Origin: Clostridia bacterium
Lineage (GTDB): Bacteria > Bacillota > Clostridia > CAKSNL01 > HGM11501
Length of the DNA: 24,826 bases
Assembly: GCA_030535815.1 (NCBI GenBank)
Contig: JAUNRD010000001.1
Coordinates: 1 to 24,826, forward strand
Reading direction: 5' to 3'
In this document: in pieces, positions 22,472 through 24,826 of the stretch
How positions within the stretch are numbered: position 1 is the stretch's first letter
How the letters are laid out: every line of letters begins with the position of its first letter
Translations under genes and position numbers: made by a program
The notes under the pieces: generated by a model
Database searches by the model: none
What the model was told of the DNA's origin: nothing
The model's input: only the letters and a program-made list of their open reading frames with translations

Positions 22472-23542
22472 ATGAAAAAGTTTTTAGCATTAATTTTAGC
22501 ACTGTTGATGATTACGGCACTTTTCTCTGCTTGTACCGGAGACAAGGAAGTGAAGGAAGCCATTGAGGAAACAGAAGATACCCCTTCCGTGTCTGAGTCC
22601 GAAGCCGAGCCTGAGCCCGAGCCGGAACCTGAGCCTGAACCTGAACCGGATGAGTTTTACACTAAGGTAACAGAAAGCGGCAGACCCATTGCGGTAATGA
22701 TAGATAACGACGCAGATTACAAGGGTCCTCAGGCTGGCCTTGAAAATGCATATATGATTTATGAAGTATATGTTGAAGGCGGAAACACGAGAATGATGGC
22801 TTTGTTCAAGGACGGATTTTTTGATGCAAATACTCCTTCGGATACCAGGATAGGACCTGTACGTTCATCACGCCATTATTTTTTGGACTTCGCCATAGAA
22901 AATGACGCCATATACGCTCATTGCGGATGGAGTCCCAAGGCACAGACGGAAATTTCTTCAAGAGGTGTGAACAATATAAACGGTCTTTATGAAACCGCAC
23001 CGTTTTACAGATTTTCCACATATGACAACAGCTGGCACAATCTTTATACAGATTTTGCACGACTTTCGAAGGCGGCAGATTCCCACGGATATAAAAGAAC
23101 GACAGCTGTTTCGGACAAATATCTTAAAAACTATAAGGTTCCCGAAGAAGGTGCTTCTGCTGTGAAGGTATCTGTTCCTTATACACAGTGTAAGATAAAT
23201 TATACCTTCAACGAAGAGACCGGTCTTTATGACAGAGTAAGAAGAGGTAATGCACACACCATGCAGTCCGGAGAAAGCATCTCTGTTATGAATATACTGA
23301 TCCTTGAAATGCAGAATGTTAATCTGAATGACGGCGAGAATAAAGGCAGACAGGATCTTTATGATACCGGAAGCGGCAAGGGTAAGTACATAACCGGCGG
23401 TAAGGCGATTGACATTACATGGGAAAAGGCTGACCGATCCGCAAAGACTAAGTATAAGGCAAACGGCGAGGAGATTTCTCTCAATCCCGGACTTACGTTT
23501 GTGCAGATTGTTCCTCCCACACTCGGAGTTACTGTTGAATAA
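22472..23542 (+). CDS. DUF3048 (YerB-like) lipoprotein
   Basis: Lipoprotein signal with lipobox FSAC, acidic EP linker, RPIAVMIDN, QAGL..A..IYE..VEGG.TR, GPVRSSR. AAAGGA SD before ATG 22472. Confidence 0.85.
   Translation: MKKFLALILALLMITALFSACTGDKEVKEAIEETEDTPSVSESEAEPEPEPEPEPEPEPDEFYTKVTESGRPIAVMIDNDADYKGPQAGLENAYMIYEVYVEGGNTRMMALFKDGFFDANTPSDTRIGPVRSSRHYFLDFAIENDAIYAHCGWSPKAQTEISSRGVNNINGLYETAPFYRFSTYDNSWHNLYTDFARLSKAADSHGYKRTTAVSDKYLKNYKVPEEGASAVKVSVPYTQCKINYTFNEETGLYDRVRRGNAHTMQSGESISVMNILILEMQNVNLNDGENKGRQDLYDTGSGKGKYITGGKAIDITWEKADRSAKTKYKANGEEISLNPGLTFVQIVPPTLGVTVE
22607..22648 (+). repeat. (Glu-Pro)7 low-complexity linker, degenerate GARCCN hexamer repeat
   Basis: GAG CCT GAG CCC GAG CCG GAA CCT GAG CCT GAA CCT GAA CCG. 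Confidence 0.9.
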
Positions 23543-23543
23543 T

Positions 23544-23577
23544 AAAAATGCAGTGGAAATTTTTCCACTGCATTTTT
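23544..23577. terminator. Bidirectional terminator between the DUF3048 gene and ypeB
   Basis: AAAAATGCAGTGGAAA-TT-TTTCCACTGCATTTTT. Confidence 0.9.
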
Positions 23578-23624
23578 GCTGAATCAAATTTATTCAGAGG
23601 GGCTAAGCTACAGCCGGGTGAATA

Positions 23625-24826
23625 TTATTTTGCAAAATACCCGTCGTTGCTTTGGGATAAAATGAGGATTTCCTCCTGAAGTCCGCTTTCGGCATTAAGA
23701 TAAACGAGATATGTGTCTTTGCCGAATTCTCCCAATGCTTCGTAGCAAGGAACTTCACTTCCGTATTCTGTGGGGATATAAGTCTTTTTTAATGATTTTA
23801 AATAAAAGTTTTTATTCATATCGGCAAGAGAGTCAAAGGCGACGGAAGAGGATTCGGGGAAGGTGCGTTCCTTGTGGTTCATAAGATAATCCTCGGCATT
23901 AAAGCCTATAACCGAGGCTGTGTCCAGTGCTACCTCAACTGTTATTTTATCGGTATAATATATAACCTCTTCGTATAAAGGGGCCAGTGTGACTGTAAGA
24001 ATATTGCCGTTATGCTCGTAAAACACCGCTTCCATAGAAGGAAAACCTGAATTTTCTGCAAAAGTAATTGCATGGAAAACTGCTTCATTTGTACCTACAA
24101 CGGCATCACCTATTGCACGGCTTTCGGAGTAAATGAGGAGCTTTCCGCCTTTTTTTGTAACTTCCATACTGTAGTGGGAGTTTTCTGCATCACAGAAAAA
24201 CATATATGAGGGAACGGAGCCTGAAGATTCACCGTTAAATACAAGCGGAACATTGTTTGAAAGGAAAGCGATGGCATTTTTTTGAGCATCCTCTTTTGTG
24301 ATTTCGGGAAGCGGGGAAAGATAGGGGGAGTCGACAGATTCCATATGGGAGGAAAAAGCACCGTCATAAGTTAATGAGTTATAGGAAGAAAAGTGGGTGC
24401 TTTCAATTTCTGAAAGGTGTTGCCCCAATGTTTCGTCAGCCTGTGAAAGGGCGGAAGAATATGAAATTTCTCCTGAAGCCAGTTTTTCCCGCAGTGTGTA
24501 AAGCTCTGTTTTCAATATGGTGGAAAAGCCTGAAAGCATCAGGAAAGTATCAAGCTCCTTTTCGGTGGGTCGGCTTCCGTCTGCGTGGGCCAGTGCCACA
24601 GCTTTGACATAATCTCCTGCCTGATTGAGGAAGGTGTTTATGTTAACAAGCGGGGTGTCTGATTCTATTTCTCCCAGATCAGATATTGCAAATGCGGAGC
24701 TTTCTCTTATATCTGCCCCTAAGGAAAGGAGGCTGTGAGAGTCAGCACAGATAGCAGATTTTTTCAGTGATGATTCTATTTTTTCAATATTTTCAATGAG
24801 TTCGTAAAAGGCTTTGTTTTGGTTTG
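23625..24826 (-). CDS. ypeB: Spore germination protein YpeB (PepSY domains), 5'-truncated by the window edge
   Basis: Frame stays open beyond the track start to the window end (NQNKAFYELIENIEKIESSL...TFLNQAGDY). C-terminal IGFNA..YL.NH..R, IPTEYG.EV.CYE and YLNAESG..E.I. Confidence 0.85.
   Translation of the reverse strand, partial: NQNKAFYELIENIEKIESSLKKSAICADSHSLLSLGADIRESSAFAISDLGEIESDTPLVNINTFLNQAGDYVKAVALAHADGSRPTEKELDTFLMLSGFSTILKTELYTLREKLASGEISYSSALSQADETLGQHLSEIESTHFSSYNSLTYDGAFSSHMESVDSPYLSPLPEITKEDAQKNAIAFLSNNVPLVFNGESSGSVPSYMFFCDAENSHYSMEVTKKGGKLLIYSESRAIGDAVVGTNEAVFHAITFAENSGFPSMEAVFYEHNGNILTVTLAPLYEEVIYYTDKITVEVALDTASVIGFNAEDYLMNHKERTFPESSSVAFDSLADMNKNFYLKSLKKTYIPTEYGSEVPCYEALGEFGKDTYLVYLNAESGLQEEILILSQSNDGYFAK

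Noticed and set aside
22607-22648. (EP)7 repeat as a phase-variation tract
   Set aside because: The hexamers are degenerate and in-frame, so slippage would only change linker length; this is an ordinary lipoprotein spacer.
22958-23587. 209-aa minus-strand ORF
   Set aside because: Antisense shadow of the DUF3048 gene, and it crosses a terminator.

Overview
This window looks like chromosomal DNA from a spore-forming Clostridia-type Firmicute (inferred from dacF, ypeB, sigmaA-type promoters and a standard genetic code). Most of it is housekeeping: livM(partial)-livG-livF; a minus-strand coaX-comM-membrane protein unit; tRNA-Glu(CUC); radC; dacF; pepD; an OPT transporter with a PqqD-like gene; a DtxR/MntR regulator divergent from feoA-feoB and a Cys-rich peptide; dtd-cimA; a DUF3048 lipoprotein; and partial ypeB. 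The standout is a self-contained ~5 kb cassette (15233-20300) with its own promoter, flanked by terminators. It encodes a soluble SPFH/Band-7 protein carrying 3 N-terminal and 4 C-terminal zinc-binding modules, a 4-TM protein, a small membrane/helical protein, and a Zn-ribbon-TPR-TIR-TPR-coiled-coil protein with the TIR catalytic Glu intact. This is a candidate membrane-sensing TIR signalling or defence system; the function is inferred, not shown. Smaller signals include two GTTAG-N6-CTAAC operator-like boxes at feo, a structured element with an inverted tRNA T-arm copy behind tRNA-Glu, and a perfect 19-bp AT-rich palindrome before pepD. No integrase, transposase or CRISPR array was seen.
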